Of a stretch of DNA of 64,000 bases, positions 63,038 through 64,000 are shown piece after piece. How positions within the stretch are numbered: position 1 is the first letter of the stretch; every line of letters starts with the position of its first letter. Origin of the DNA: Antedon mediterranea (lineage: Eukaryota; Animalia; Echinodermata); assembly GCF_964355755.1 (NCBI RefSeq), contig NC_092678.1:3550422-3614421 (forward strand). Direction: 5' to 3'. The position numbers and the translations under genes are program-made. Below the pieces are notes generated by a model. The model was given only the letters and a program-made list of their open reading frames with translations, was not told where the DNA came from and ran no database searches.

Positions 63038-63963
63038 CTAGCTAACTATGAAACTTAATGATATTAACAAAATACATTTTAGTATCGATGACGTCAGTGT
63101 ATTTCCAATTGAGGATGGTGTAGTGCTGATTGTTGTCTTTAGCCACGGGTTGTAATTTATCCAAACTTTCTCGTGTAAGCCGACTGTTTCCAGAACCTAA
63201 TGAACAAAGATGTAAACATTGTAATATGTGCAATTTGTTCCAGAAGATGTTCGAAATTGTATCAAAATTGGTGGACAATTTACCTTTTGTTGCCTGTAGC
63301 CTGTTTGTGGTATACTAAAGACGTAACCATCTTTGCATGAGCTGTCTCTGTATGGGCCAACCTCATCACTGATAATCCACTCATCGCGATCCGTGGTGCT
63401 CTGACAAGCGTACGGGAGTTCGGTTTCACAATATTCTGGTGTGAACCACCTTCCGACAGAAGTGCTAGATTTTAAAAAAAATTGAAAACTACATTAATTT
63501 CTATAAAAGCTAGTCTTATTTGCCTAAATATACAGTCCTATAGTTTTAACCCCTTTGACCTTTCTAAAAAACACATGCAACCATAATACTTGTCATTAAC
63601 CACTTGTCGTATTGGAAAATATGGGTTGTGTTTTACTTACTTTAGATAGACACATGCTCCTTCCGTAAGTGGCCGACTTGGTTGCCCACTTGCCCATGTG
63701 AATACAGCAGTTGCCATTACCTGGGGCGTTATTGGATCGACGGCTGGAAACTGGATTCGGCATTTGACGAACTCCGACAAATCTAGCGTCGTACCGACTT
63801 GTGTAGGTCCATCGTAAGCTATTCTGTATTCAAATTAGATAAAATATATTCACTAATGGTCCCTTAATTATTTACCCAGGAAAGTTGGTCTCATGTGCCC
63901 AATTATCGCAACTTTGATGGTGGTGAGTAGAAACTGACTTACCTGGATCCGAGATGAAAAAGC
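63038..63963 (-). CDS. 3' part of a probable PLC-like phosphodiesterase-family protein with a C-type-lectin-like C-terminal domain and a GPI-signal-like tail (5' part outside the window)
   Basis: Exons 63963-63943, 63823-63641, 63464-63284 and 63196-63038 give YDGP...AVFTWASGQP...ACVYL...GRW...C...LPYAC...W...CKDGYVFSIPQTGY...VWINYNPW, then an S/T-rich spacer and a hydrophobic end. The gene structure is solid; the family call is from recall. Confidence 0.65.
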
Positions 63964-64000
63964 CTACAAATGTGATTAAATTATTTTACAATGGAAGTAA

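Noticed and set aside
1-64000. CRISPR arrays, rRNA genes, operons or other prokaryotic systems
   Set aside because: The sequence is a spliceosomal-intron-rich animal genome, with no regularly spaced repeat-spacer arrays or rRNA signatures.

Overview
AT-rich, intron-rich animal genomic DNA. The composition, the gene content and the dense TAGGCCTA motifs suggest a marine invertebrate, possibly an echinoderm, but this cannot be proven from the window. I spliced ten protein-coding genes by hand using GT-AG sites and frame continuity: a secreted acidic 2xKazal protein; a secreted 3xKazal protein fused to a complete Na+/K+-ATPase beta-subunit ectodomain with no transmembrane helix (the standout finding); SSR4 head-to-head with GPKOW; LLPH; a large Arg/Ser-rich protein with a C-terminal EF-hand-like region; an SLC7 (LAT-type) amino-acid transporter light chain; a convergent pair of a C2H2 zinc-finger gene and a THAP gene that share an unusual domain; and the 3' end of a probably GPI-anchored PLC-like/C-type-lectin-like protein. 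Non-coding DNA holds many small non-autonomous DNA transposons (Harbinger-, Kolobok-, MULE-, pogo- and Helentron-like), local tandem duplications and apparent transposon excision footprints. All family assignments come from recalled motifs, not from database searches.
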